From: Oscillospiraceae bacterium
GTDB taxonomy: Bacteria > Bacillota > Clostridia > Saccharofermentanales > Saccharofermentanaceae
Length of the DNA: 61,497 nucleotides
NCBI GenBank assembly: GCA_902794115.1
Contig: CADBGD010000001.1
Location: 1 to 61,497, forward strand
Direction: 5' to 3'
The stretch's first letter is position 1, and every line of letters starts with the position of its first letter. Both the position numbers and the translations under genes were made by a program. The notes beneath the pieces were generated by a model. That model was not told where the DNA came from. It saw only the letters and a program-made list of their open reading frames with translations, and made no database searches. Positions 1-8,420 of this stretch are shown one piece after another.

Positions 1-21
1 TGCGCGATCCGTTTAAATTGA

Positions 22-528
22 TCAGGACCAGCCGGCATCGCCTTGTTCGTAATTCTCCCAGAATTCCTGGCCTGCGCGCTCGTCGCCTTCTTCGTAGCTT
101 TCCCAGAAATCCTGGCCTGCACGCTCATCGCCTTCTTCGTAGCTTTCCTCGAAGCTCTGGCCCGCACGCTCGTCGCCTTCTTCGTAGCTCTCCCAGTAAG
201 ATTGACCTGCGCGCTCATCGCCCTCTTCGTAGCTTTCCTCGAAGCTCTGGCCCGCACGCTCATCGCCCTCTTCGTAGCTTTCCCAGAAGTCCTGACCTGC
301 ACGCTCGTCGCCCTCTTCGTAGCTTTCCTCGAAGCTCTGGCCCGCACGCTCATCGCCCTCTTCCACTATAGTGGTAGTGGCCGCCGTCGTATTAGAAGAA
401 GTGGCGCTCTCACTGGATTGTTCAGACGAATCATCATCGCCACAGGCTGTCAATGCCATCCCGAGTGTCATCGTCGCCGCTACAAGGAGCGCAAGTTTTC
501 GATTTTTCGAAGTAAGATTCTTTTTCAT
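22..528 (-). CDS. Secreted lipoprotein with an acidic 15-aa tandem repeat; function unknown
   Basis: ATG at 528 and TGA at 22-24. The N-terminus MKKNLTSKNRKLALLVAATMTLGMALTAC has a signal peptide and lipobox Cys. An S/T-rich linker is followed by 7 repeats. Confidence 0.8.
   Translation of the reverse strand: MKKNLTSKNRKLALLVAATMTLGMALTACGDDDSSEQSSESATSSNTTAATTTIVEEGDERAGQSFEESYEEGDERAGQDFWESYEEGDERAGQSFEESYEEGDERAGQSYWESYEEGDERAGQSFEESYEEGDERAGQDFWESYEEGDERAGQEFWENYEQGDAGWS
25..363 (-). repeat. In-frame 45-nt tandem repeat: 7 full units (49-363) plus a degenerate partial unit (25-48). Two unit variants alternate, giving a 90-nt higher-order period.
   Basis: Near-identical 45-mers follow head to tail. 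The minus-frame translation is EEGDERAGQ(S/D/E)(F/Y)(E/W)E(S/N)Y x7. Other frames also stay open across it, as expected for a codon-phased repeat. Confidence 0.9.
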
Positions 529-556
529 GTTTTTTCAACTTTCTATATATGTTTCA

Positions 557-1843
557 TCACCATAACTCATACTGCATGGCAACATGCGGTACTCCGTCAT
601 ATTCATTCAGGAAGACCACGAGAGATCCTTCACCGGTATCGAACTTATATCCGTATCCGTTTTCATAAAGAGGAATCTCCTTTCCGGTATTCGGATCCGT
701 ACGTGAAACATACATGCCATATTTTTCGATGTACGGATCAAGGAATCTCTCCACATCATCGCCTTCAAATTCGTAGCGGACACCCGCCAGAGTCGTATCG
801 TTGAAGAAAAGCGTGTACGAATGACCGGAGTAGTAGAAGTCGCAGTAGCCGTTAAATCTGTTATCCCATTCCCATGCGTCGAGCGAAGGAAGTTTTCCGC
901 CGAGCTTTTCGTTGACATACGTATAGTCACAGCCCAGATAGAACGTATCCATGAAGAATACATCATTTTTAATATTCAGCGGTTCTGCACTTACCGGCTT
1001 ATTCGTCGAGGTTGGAGCCGTGTCATTTCCCTCATCCTCCGGCGCAAGTGTCTGGATCGTCGTCGTCGGGTACTCGTACTGCATCGCGATATGCGGAATA
1101 TCGTCATAGACGTTCAGGAAAACAGATAAGATACTCATGTCGGCATTGAGCACATACCCGTATCCAGGTTCGTCAAGACCGATATCTGCACCGGTATTCG
1201 GATCCTTACGGTATCCATAACCACCGAAGACGTCTATATACTTATTCAGGAACTTCTCCACGTCATTTCCTTCGACCTCGTAACGGACCGCAGCCAGGCT
1301 TTCTCCGGAGAAGAAGAATGTATACCAGACTCCGTTATAACAGTAATTACAGTATCCCGTGAATTTCTTATCCCACTCCCATCGATCAAGGAGCGGAAGA
1401 TCTCCGCCGAAAAATTCATTGGCAAATTGATACGGCATGCCCAGGATCGACTCATCCATATAGAAAGCGCCGTCCACGATCCGAAGAGTATAGTCATCAG
1501 CGACCCATTCACGGTCACCCTGCTCCCAAAAGATCTCATCCGGGGCACGGTCTCCACCTTCATAGCTCTCCTCGAAGCTCTGGCCCGCGCGTTCATCGCC
1601 TTCCTCAAATTTCTGATCCCAGTAATTTCCTTCCTTTTCGGAAGCAGTGGTGGTCTGCTCGGTTTCCTTCTTTTGCGTGGTCGGACTTTCCCGGTTTACC
1701 GTCTCCGGCCAGAAAGTCTCACTGCTGGATTGTTCTGTTGTGGTTTCTTTCTTCGCGCACGATGCCGTTCCAAACGCCATCATACATGCCAGTAATACAG
1801 CCATTGTGCGGAATTTCGTTTCATTGCACTTATCCATTTTCAT
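557..1843 (-). CDS. Lipoprotein with one copy of the same acidic repeat and two tandem ~140-aa paralogous domains; function unknown
   Basis: Signal peptide and lipobox (MAFGTASC). Residues 80-94 read EEGDERAGQSFEESY. Domains at aa ~120-258 and ~289-428 align (WEWD..F.GYC, ..AGVRYE.EG.DVE.FL, DPNTG, ..H(I/V)AMQYE). AGGAG precedes the ATG pair, so the start could be 1837 instead of 1843. Confidence 0.8.
   Translation of the reverse strand: MKMDKCNETKFRTMAVLLACMMAFGTASCAKKETTTEQSSSETFWPETVNRESPTTQKKETEQTTTASEKEGNYWDQKFEEGDERAGQSFEESYEGGDRAPDEIFWEQGDREWVADDYTLRIVDGAFYMDESILGMPYQFANEFFGGDLPLLDRWEWDKKFTGYCNYCYNGVWYTFFFSGESLAAVRYEVEGNDVEKFLNKYIDVFGGYGYRKDPNTGADIGLDEPGYGYVLNADMSILSVFLNVYDDIPHIAMQYEYPTTTIQTLAPEDEGNDTAPTSTNKPVSAEPLNIKNDVFFMDTFYLGCDYTYVNEKLGGKLPSLDAWEWDNRFNGYCDFYYSGHSYTLFFNDTTLAGVRYEFEGDDVERFLDPYIEKYGMYVSRTDPNTGKEIPLYENGYGYKFDTGEGSLVVFLNEYDGVPHVAMQYELW
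1505..1609 (-). repeat. One intact plus one or two degenerate copies of the 45-nt acidic repeat found at 25-363
   Basis: ctcctcgaagctctggcccgcgcgttcatcgccttcctc closely matches the array unit. It translates as EEGDERAGQSFEESYEGGDRAPDEIFWEQGDREW. Confidence 0.7.
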
Positions 1844-2045
1844 CTCCTGCCCTTATCCCTTATTCCATCGAAGCCATTGTATCAAAATCTCATGACAATT
1901 GATAGTGTTTTCTTATGTCTTTCTCGAGAAGGAAAAACAGATTTACAGAAAAAACGCTACAATAAAGAAAGCAAGTAACGTTTTTTCGAGGATATATGAA
2001 GGATACATCGGTGTCGTACCATAAGGACAAGGAGGAACTTCGGGC

Positions 2046-2717
2046 ATGGTAAAACTGTTAGTCGTAGAAGACTCGACACAACTGAGAGAACTGATATCCG
2101 CATATTTTGCCAAGGACAGCGCATGGAGCGTGGATACGGCTTCTGACGGATACTCGGGACTTCAGCTCGTGGAAAAGAACAACTACGACCTCGCCATCCT
2201 GGACATTATGCTTCCGGGTCTTTCAGGATTCGACATCTGTAAGATCCTTCGGAAAAAGAGCAACTGCCCCATCGTTTTTCTGACAGCTTTGGGGACCGAG
2301 GAAAATATCCTGAAAGGTTATGACCTCGGAGCAGACGAGTACATGGTTAAGCCATTCTCTCTTAAGGTGCTCTATGCCAAATGCCTGGCTCTTCTTTCAA
2401 GGTCCATGGAGAACAAGAAGGACGAAAAATGCCTGGTTTGTGGCAGCGTACGGCTCTACCCGTCCCGGATGCAGGTCATGTGCGAGGAAAAAGAAGTCGA
2501 ACTTGCCCCGAAAGAATACTTTCTCCTTAAGGTTCTGATCGAGAATCAAGGTCATGTGCTGGGAAGAGATACGCTTCTGGATATGGTCTGGGGCGCGGAT
2601 TTTGATGGATCCGACCGCGTCGTGGATAATCACGTCAAGAAGCTCCGGCAGGCACTTGGGTCTCATGGGAACTCCATTAAGACCGTGATCGGCAGAGGAT
2701 ACAAGATCGTACCTTAA
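2046..2717 (+). CDS. OmpR/PhoB-family response regulator
   Basis: AAGGAGGAA RBS about 8 nt upstream. Receiver domain (DLAILDIMLPG.SGF, KPF) plus a winged-helix C-terminus (RVVDNHVKKLRQAL...IKTVIGRGYKI). Confidence 0.95.
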   Translation: MVKLLVVEDSTQLRELISAYFAKDSAWSVDTASDGYSGLQLVEKNNYDLAILDIMLPGLSGFDICKILRKKSNCPIVFLTALGTEENILKGYDLGADEYMVKPFSLKVLYAKCLALLSRSMENKKDEKCLVCGSVRLYPSRMQVMCEEKEVELAPKEYFLLKVLIENQGHVLGRDTLLDMVWGADFDGSDRVVDNHVKKLRQALGSHGNSIKTVIGRGYKIVP

Positions 2718-2746
2718 CCGCCATCCGGATAATCAGGGAGGACACT

Positions 2747-4405
2747 ATGGAAAAAACTGCAAAGGATCGGAAAGCAAGTGTACGATCCGCCAAAAACAAA
2801 AAGGCTATAAAGAAGCCAAAGTATATTTTTGAGTTTCTGAAGTATGGGGCAATCTGTCTGGTGATCACACTGGGCGCTGCCTGGTTCATGCTGAACAAAA
2901 AACTGGATGTGATCAACAACGATTACGAGAATGAGTACCTCTCAAGACGTGGTGAGGTGGAAAAGACGATTACGGAACTCATGCTTTATACTGAGGATAA
3001 TTCCAGGTATATAAACTGTCTGAATAAACTGGAAATGAACATGTATGACCTCGCGGCCAGCGGCGGATCGGGTATGGCCGAAGTGTGGATCAAAGGGGAG
3101 AAAGTCCTTGAGACTCCGCGTGGCGTGGTAGCCTTTGTAGGTTACAATGAGGGAAAAAGAGATTCTAACGGGCGACTCAATCCTAACCAAACGGAATATT
3201 ATTTCCTGGAAGAGGAGACATTTCTTTCTCCCGTACTGGACAAGTATCCACTGTCTGTTTCCGGCTCCTATAATCACGATGCCTTTGCTTCCTACTTCGG
3301 AAAAAAAGACCGTTCCGGGGAAGAAAAGTATGTCTACGAGATCGGGTTGGTTATGATCAACCGTGAGACACACCGGTTTATCCCGGAAACCGTGAATGTG
3401 TATTTACAGGGATCTGCCGAATTCGTTGAGACAATATACTGTTCCACCTCTGTTCCGGAAGGCTTTGAACGTGTTCCGGACGATAAGATAAGCTGCGCCA
3501 TGTTCGGGTACGTTCCGAAGGAAGGAACGGACTTAGAACTGACCCAGTCCCGCAAATGGTCTTTCCGGGACAATGTCCAGTCTGATGCAAATGAACCTTC
3601 GTATTGTGAGCTCCGTTATTCCGGGTTTCAAAAGCAGTCACTTTCCGGTATGCTGCCTTATGAAACTGCGGTCTTTCTGGTAAGCGCCGTGATTATCGGA
3701 CTTTTGGCCGGGCTTGTGATTTCTGTGATCCCATATAACAAGAAGAAAGGCATCTGGGAGGCTTATGAGTACAGGAAAAAGACTACGGAGGCCATGGCAC
3801 ACGATCTGAAAACACCTCTTGCCACGATCTCTGCCTATGCGGAAAGTATGGAAGATTCATCACCGGAGCAGAAAGCAGAATATGCGGAAAAGATCTGTGA
3901 CAATGTCTCCGAGATGAACCGGATGGTAGATAATATCCTCAATTTCTCCAAGAGCGAAAACACATCCCGCTCCCTTACAAAAAAAGAAGTGGATATAGGG
4001 AATCTGGTAAATGCATCTGTTTCAAAATTCAGCGGACTTTTCGACCGGAAGCAGATCCGGACAGAAGTCACCTGCAAGGAAGAATGCGTACTGACTACGG
4101 ATGAACTGCTTCTTCGTCAGGCGATCGAGAATCTGATCAGCAACTGCGCGAGGTATGCTACGGACAGTTCGGAAGTGGAGATCTCTGTTTCCGGAAAGAA
4201 GATCTCTTTTCGAAATCAGACAACAGAAAAGTTCGATGATGTCGAATCTCTTAAGAAACCCTTCGTTAAGGGAGATGGCGCCAGAGGCGAAAACGGAACG
4301 GGACTCGGTCTTTCCATCGCCGATAACAACCTCTCGCTTCTCGGATACAGGCTCGAGCTTCACGCGGAGAACGGCTGGTTTGAGGCACTCGTGATCCTTG
4401 GCTGA
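2747..4405 (+). CDS. Sensor histidine kinase with a large extracytoplasmic domain
   Basis: GGGAGGA RBS. TM helices lie around aa 35-55 and 305-330. H-box EAMAHDLKTPLATI, N-box ENLISNCARYA, G2 box GTGLGLSIA. It lies 30 nt downstream of the regulator. Confidence 0.93.
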   Translation: MEKTAKDRKASVRSAKNKKAIKKPKYIFEFLKYGAICLVITLGAAWFMLNKKLDVINNDYENEYLSRRGEVEKTITELMLYTEDNSRYINCLNKLEMNMYDLAASGGSGMAEVWIKGEKVLETPRGVVAFVGYNEGKRDSNGRLNPNQTEYYFLEEETFLSPVLDKYPLSVSGSYNHDAFASYFGKKDRSGEEKYVYEIGLVMINRETHRFIPETVNVYLQGSAEFVETIYCSTSVPEGFERVPDDKISCAMFGYVPKEGTDLELTQSRKWSFRDNVQSDANEPSYCELRYSGFQKQSLSGMLPYETAVFLVSAVIIGLLAGLVISVIPYNKKKGIWEAYEYRKKTTEAMAHDLKTPLATISAYAESMEDSSPEQKAEYAEKICDNVSEMNRMVDNILNFSKSENTSRSLTKKEVDIGNLVNASVSKFSGLFDRKQIRTEVTCKEECVLTTDELLLRQAIENLISNCARYATDSSEVEISVSGKKISFRNQTTEKFDDVESLKKPFVKGDGARGENGTGLGLSIADNNLSLLGYRLELHAENGWFEALVILG

Positions 4406-4471
4406 CAATTCTGTCAGTCAAGGCCCCGCCCCCCGGATCCGTGATGAATGAAAGATATAGATGAAGCGGTA

Positions 4472-4912
4472 TCACTTTTCCTGGAGGATCTTATTTACGA
4501 TCGCAACGATGTCATCGACTGCCGTCATGGTATCGAGCGTAGCCCCTACGGTATTGGGGTCCAGTTCGCCCTCTTCTCCCGGTTCGACATGATCTTTCGC
4601 CCCACCGATCTGTCCCGGCTTCGGCGCCATGCTGACAATGATCTTCTTAGGCTGGGCATCCACGTACACATAGTTCACGTCATGTGCCCAGTCATATACG
4701 ATCACCTGACGTTCCTTTCCGAACGCACGTATCCATCCCATTCTCGGGGTCCCGTACCCGGTCTCTTCTTTTTTCAGAAGTTCGAGCATTTTCTCGTTAT
4801 CCCAGCCATTGGGGTTTTTAAATTTCTTATATCCGTACGTTTCTGATCCTGTTGACTCAATCGCATCCACAGAAGAGGAGGCGAAATCTGAAAGAAAATC
4901 GAAAAGGCCCAT
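4472..4912 (-). CDS. Hypothetical cytoplasmic protein (146 aa)
   Basis: GGAGGAA RBS 5 nt upstream of the ATG. Last gene of a three-gene minus-strand set. No motif I recognise. Confidence 0.6.
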   Translation of the reverse strand: MGLFDFLSDFASSSVDAIESTGSETYGYKKFKNPNGWDNEKMLELLKKEETGYGTPRMGWIRAFGKERQVIVYDWAHDVNYVYVDAQPKKIIVSMAPKPGQIGGAKDHVEPGEEGELDPNTVGATLDTMTAVDDIVAIVNKILQEK

Positions 4913-4958
4913 ACAAATTCCTCCGATGAATAAAACTCACGGATTCATTGTACCATTC

Positions 4959-5333
4959 TTATTCCTTTACAAGCGTCAATCCGTCAATGGAATCGATACG
5001 GAAAATTTTCTGAAGTGTCTTTTTCGGAGTCGTGATCTCGACCAGGATCCAGTTTTCATCGACGTCCAGAATAACATTCTTTCCCTTTGTGTTTCCGTAA
5101 GAGATCACATCGGAATCCCAGCAGTCCTCCTTAAAAGAGATCTGCACCTGCTGTCCGATATTGTCTTTTGCGAATTTGCAAAGGGATTCTTTCGATAAAG
5201 CATAACTGGATCCCTTCGTGGAAGCCAGTTCGTCTTCCAGCCGCTTGATCCGCTTTTTCAAATCAGACTGAGAGCAGAAAGCCATCATTCCCATGAGACT
5301 GAATACTAATGCCACATAAACAAGACCATCCAT
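4959..5333 (-). CDS. Small N-terminally membrane-anchored protein whose C-terminal domain is paralogous to that of the upstream XRE regulator
   Basis: N-terminal TM (LVYVALVFSLMGMMAF), a coiled segment, then G.QV.I.F...ENW.LV...KK...I...I....LVKE. It starts 6 nt after the XRE gene stop. Confidence 0.65.
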   Translation of the reverse strand: MDGLVYVALVFSLMGMMAFCSQSDLKKRIKRLEDELASTKGSSYALSKESLCKFAKDNIGQQVQISFKEDCWDSDVISYGNTKGKNVILDVDENWILVEITTPKKTLQKIFRIDSIDGLTLVKE

Positions 5334-5338
5334 ATTCC

Positions 5339-5794
5339 TTACTCCTTCACGATCTCAAATGAGAGTATAGAGGCCAGCGGGACCAGTTTCTCGATCGTTG
5401 CGCCTTTTTTGCTTTGGGCCGAGACTTTCATCCAGTTGCCTTCAAAACAGTCTACCGTGACGGTCAGGTCGTAAAGGTCCACGTCAATTTCATCATCGCA
5501 GAAATTCAGTTTTACTTTCTTGCCGACGATCCCGGAAAGAATTTTACCGGGGATGGCGGAAGCGGCCGGTGCGGAAGTTTCCGCATCGATTCCGATATCA
5601 TCTTTTAAAAGATAATCACAGCTGACACCTAAAATCGAGGCAATATCCGATAATTTATCTATATCCGGCATGACTGTTCCTGCTTCCCAGCGGCTTACAG
5701 TCTGGCGGGTGACGGAAAGTTTTTCTGCAAATTCGATCTGGGTCAGGCCACAGGCTTTCCGTTTGGCGGCAATTTTCTCTCCCATATAATTCAT
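5339..5794 (-). CDS. XRE-family HTH transcriptional regulator with an extra C-terminal domain
   Basis: Internal start chosen: AAGGAGGAA lies 6 nt upstream of the ATG at 5794 (MNYMGEKIAAKRKACGLTQIEFAEKLSVTRQTVSRWE). The longer track ORF (to 5923) has no RBS. Confidence 0.85.
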   Translation of the reverse strand: MNYMGEKIAAKRKACGLTQIEFAEKLSVTRQTVSRWEAGTVMPDIDKLSDIASILGVSCDYLLKDDIGIDAETSAPAASAIPGKILSGIVGKKVKLNFCDDEIDVDLYDLTVTVDCFEGNWMKVSAQSKKGATIEKLVPLASILSFEIVKE

Positions 5795-6005
5795 GGATCG
5801 TTCCTCCTTGACGAAGTAATTCTTCGCGTACCAGATCGGGCTGTTTTTCCGTCCGGTTACAGTGATGATTGTACCCGTCAGAGCACATTCCGACAAGAAA
5901 TTCTCATGTGCAAAATGTAACATGGCAGTTTACATTTCCTGAAAAATATGGGTTTTTCCGCTTTTTTGAAGGAATCGGTCCTTTTTGCGGAAGGATCCGG
6001 GCCGG

Positions 6006-7319
6006 TCAGCTAAAGAGGACCGGCAGGAACGGATCGCCGATCATCTTGGTGTATTCGCTGACTCCCAGTTTTTCCGATAAACTCTCGTCCGTCACATCGA
6101 TCCATTCCCCATCCACCAGAACAAAGGATGTGTTAGGTTCAGTATGCGTCACATACTCAAGTTCACCTTCGACGGCGCCGCTTTGAAAGAAGCGTTTCTT
6201 CGGAACGGTCATGGATTCTCCTTCAAAATAGACGGTTCCCGTTTTCCTTATAACGACAGTGCACTCCTGGACAGAAAGAGGTGTATCAAGTTTGACAAGG
6301 TGATAGCCGGCTCTCTCCATCTTCCCGCTGACCTTGGCAAGTGACTGTCCGAATTTACCGTCCAGGATCTCCACCTCATAGGTGCAGGTCTCTTCTTCCG
6401 AGAAGATCCCGACGGCAGAAAGGTTCCCCTCGTGCCGGATAATGCTGGCATAAGTGCTTTCACCGGAGCCAAGGCTCAGATCGATATTCCCGATCATGGC
6501 ATAGCCGTGATTTTCACCGGAAGAATAGGAATTGGTCATCTGATACGAGATCGCCAAGGGAAACTGCACGTCGTAGGAGACCCAGTAATAGGCAGGAATG
6601 TTAAGTGGCGTGATGGTATTCTGCACCAGCCAGGCACCGTTTCTGGAAGCTTTCATGGAGAAGGCGTCTGCCGGAAAATCATCATCCCAGCCGATCACAC
6701 ACAAGAAATGATTCGTTTCCGTGCCCTTATAGTTCTGCGTCGGATATCCGTGACTTCTGGAGTATCCCGATTCTAAGCTGATTGCTACAACAGGCGCCCC
6801 ATATTCGCGGATCCATTCTTTCAGTTCGTCGATCTTAGGATTCAAGAGCCGTTTTGCATCCGAAAGCACATATCCGTGCAGCGGCTCCGAACAAAGTACA
6901 TCGAATACATGGAGCGGGCTTCCGCCATATTCACTCTTATTTCCAATGGTGGCATACATGCCATCTTTTCCAGAAGACATGTCCTCCTTCGCACAGTACA
7001 TGCGGTCAACGATCTCTTCGCCGGTCGCCTCCCAGTTCCCGATCTTATTCTTCTGAAGATAGGCCTGCACAGACGTAACCGCGGAAAAAGCAAAGCATCC
7101 GCTCATACCTTGTGTATAGACGGGAAGGTCTAATCCTTCATCCAGCGAGCAATAGCTGGTCTTTTCGTTCTGAAAGGGTGTGAAGTATTCCGTTTCTGCG
7201 TACGGAAAGAGGTCGATATATTTCGTATTCCTTTTTGCTTTCTTGCATCCGGACAAAGAAACTGTGGAAAGAATGAGAAGCATAGCGATCCCTCTTCTCA
7301 TCGGGCTATTTCTATTCAT
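6006..7319 (-). CDS. Papain-like (C1 family) cysteine peptidase lipoprotein with a C-terminal beta-rich extension
   Basis: Start at 7319 (GGAGAT RBS), with signal and lipobox LSTVSLSGC. Catalytic-type motifs are QGMSGCFAFSAV (Cys), NHFLCVIGWDDD (His) and AWLVQNT (Asn). The track N-extension would overlap the AraC gene. Confidence 0.65.
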   Translation of the reverse strand: MNRNSPMRRGIAMLLILSTVSLSGCKKAKRNTKYIDLFPYAETEYFTPFQNEKTSYCSLDEGLDLPVYTQGMSGCFAFSAVTSVQAYLQKNKIGNWEATGEEIVDRMYCAKEDMSSGKDGMYATIGNKSEYGGSPLHVFDVLCSEPLHGYVLSDAKRLLNPKIDELKEWIREYGAPVVAISLESGYSRSHGYPTQNYKGTETNHFLCVIGWDDDFPADAFSMKASRNGAWLVQNTITPLNIPAYYWVSYDVQFPLAISYQMTNSYSSGENHGYAMIGNIDLSLGSGESTYASIIRHEGNLSAVGIFSEEETCTYEVEILDGKFGQSLAKVSGKMERAGYHLVKLDTPLSVQECTVVIRKTGTVYFEGESMTVPKKRFFQSGAVEGELEYVTHTEPNTSFVLVDGEWIDVTDESLSEKLGVSEYTKMIGDPFLPVLFS

Positions 7320-7335
7320 ATGTCTATCTCCTGAA

Positions 7336-8256
7336 TTATTTTTCTGATCTTCTCTGAACCGGAAGCCAGATCTCGTTATAAAAACCTTTCCCGTCTTCAC
7401 TTGGAAGGTTATAACATTCAATATTGTACTCGGCAATAAGATCGTATTCGTCCGTATCCAGAAGCCATTCTCCAAAAATGAATCTGCGCATCTTCTGGAT
7501 CTCTTCTGCGGAATTATCCTTACAACGGAATTTCGCCCAGAGCGTCTCCGGTATCTCGATACACGTCATATCTCCCGGGATCTCCCCGCCTTTATACTCG
7601 GATCCGGCGAGGAAAAGAAAACGTTCTGCAAAGTTGATCTTTTTGACTTCATCTTCATCAAAATCAGAAAGCCAAGGCATCCCCTGATCATTTTTCACGT
7701 TCTCACATTCTCCGACACTGACCCCGTAGAAAGGTCCGTAGTTTCCGGCCTTGAGCTGTTTCTCGATAAATCCGGTCACAAATCCGGGGATCTTCTGAAA
7801 GCAGGTCTCGTTTTCAAATACATCGGCTTTCCCGAAGAGAAAGAACGGCGCGGTCGTATCGATCACCACATCCACCGTATCGGCGCCTTTGACCGAGAAA
7901 GAAAGCTTCAGCGGAAGAAATGTCCGAACCGGTTTTTTCTTCTTTTTGATCTCATTGGGAGTCGCATCGTGAAAACGGCTGAAGGCTTTCGTGAAGCTTT
8001 CCGGCGTCTCGTATCCGTATTTCGCTGCAATATCGATGACTTTGACATCCTCTCCCAGAAGTTCCATTGCAGCCAGATATAGTTTTCTGTTACGGACATA
8101 TTCACCGATCGAATAGCCGGTGATCATCTGAAAACTTGTCTGAAGATAACTTGCCGAAACATGTACCATAAGGGCCACCTCCTTCGGACCTTGCACTGTC
8201 AGAAGATTCTTCTCCAGATACCGGAGCGTCTCGGTAATGACATTGACCCAGTCCAT
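7336..8256 (-). CDS. AraC-family regulator with a GyrI-like effector-binding C-terminal domain
   Basis: The N-terminal double HTH (..VSASYLQTSFQMITGYSIGEYVRNRKL...YGYETPESFTKAFSRFHDATP) is followed by a ~170-aa domain typical of AraC/GyrI-like fusions. Confidence 0.85.
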   Translation of the reverse strand: MDWVNVITETLRYLEKNLLTVQGPKEVALMVHVSASYLQTSFQMITGYSIGEYVRNRKLYLAAMELLGEDVKVIDIAAKYGYETPESFTKAFSRFHDATPNEIKKKKKPVRTFLPLKLSFSVKGADTVDVVIDTTAPFFLFGKADVFENETCFQKIPGFVTGFIEKQLKAGNYGPFYGVSVGECENVKNDQGMPWLSDFDEDEVKKINFAERFLFLAGSEYKGGEIPGDMTCIEIPETLWAKFRCKDNSAEEIQKMRRFIFGEWLLDTDEYDLIAEYNIECYNLPSEDGKGFYNEIWLPVQRRSEK

Positions 8257-8420
8257 CTCGTGATTTCTCCCTTACTTTATCCTGTCTCGGCAAACAAATC
8301 CTGTCTTTTCGTTCAAAGATCTGTCTTATTATATCATGGCAGGCATCCCGAAATGAATCATATCCAGGCTTCTGTAGTATAATAGTTTTGACATTTTTCG
8401 TGAAAAGGGGGAACAAAGGT

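Noticed and set aside
25-363. A regular short-period repeat array that could be mistaken for a CRISPR array
   Set aside because: The units are directly contiguous with no unique spacers. The period is 45 nt in phase with a coding frame. No cas genes or leader are present.
18-804. Long plus-strand ORFs (18-371, 43-804, 371-565) overlapping the left-edge lipoprotein gene
   Set aside because: They are by-products of the codon-phased 45-nt repeat, which keeps several frames open. Their translations are low-complexity (RSFPRS/LLRS-type), with no RBS or signal features. The minus-strand frame has a proper lipoprotein signal.
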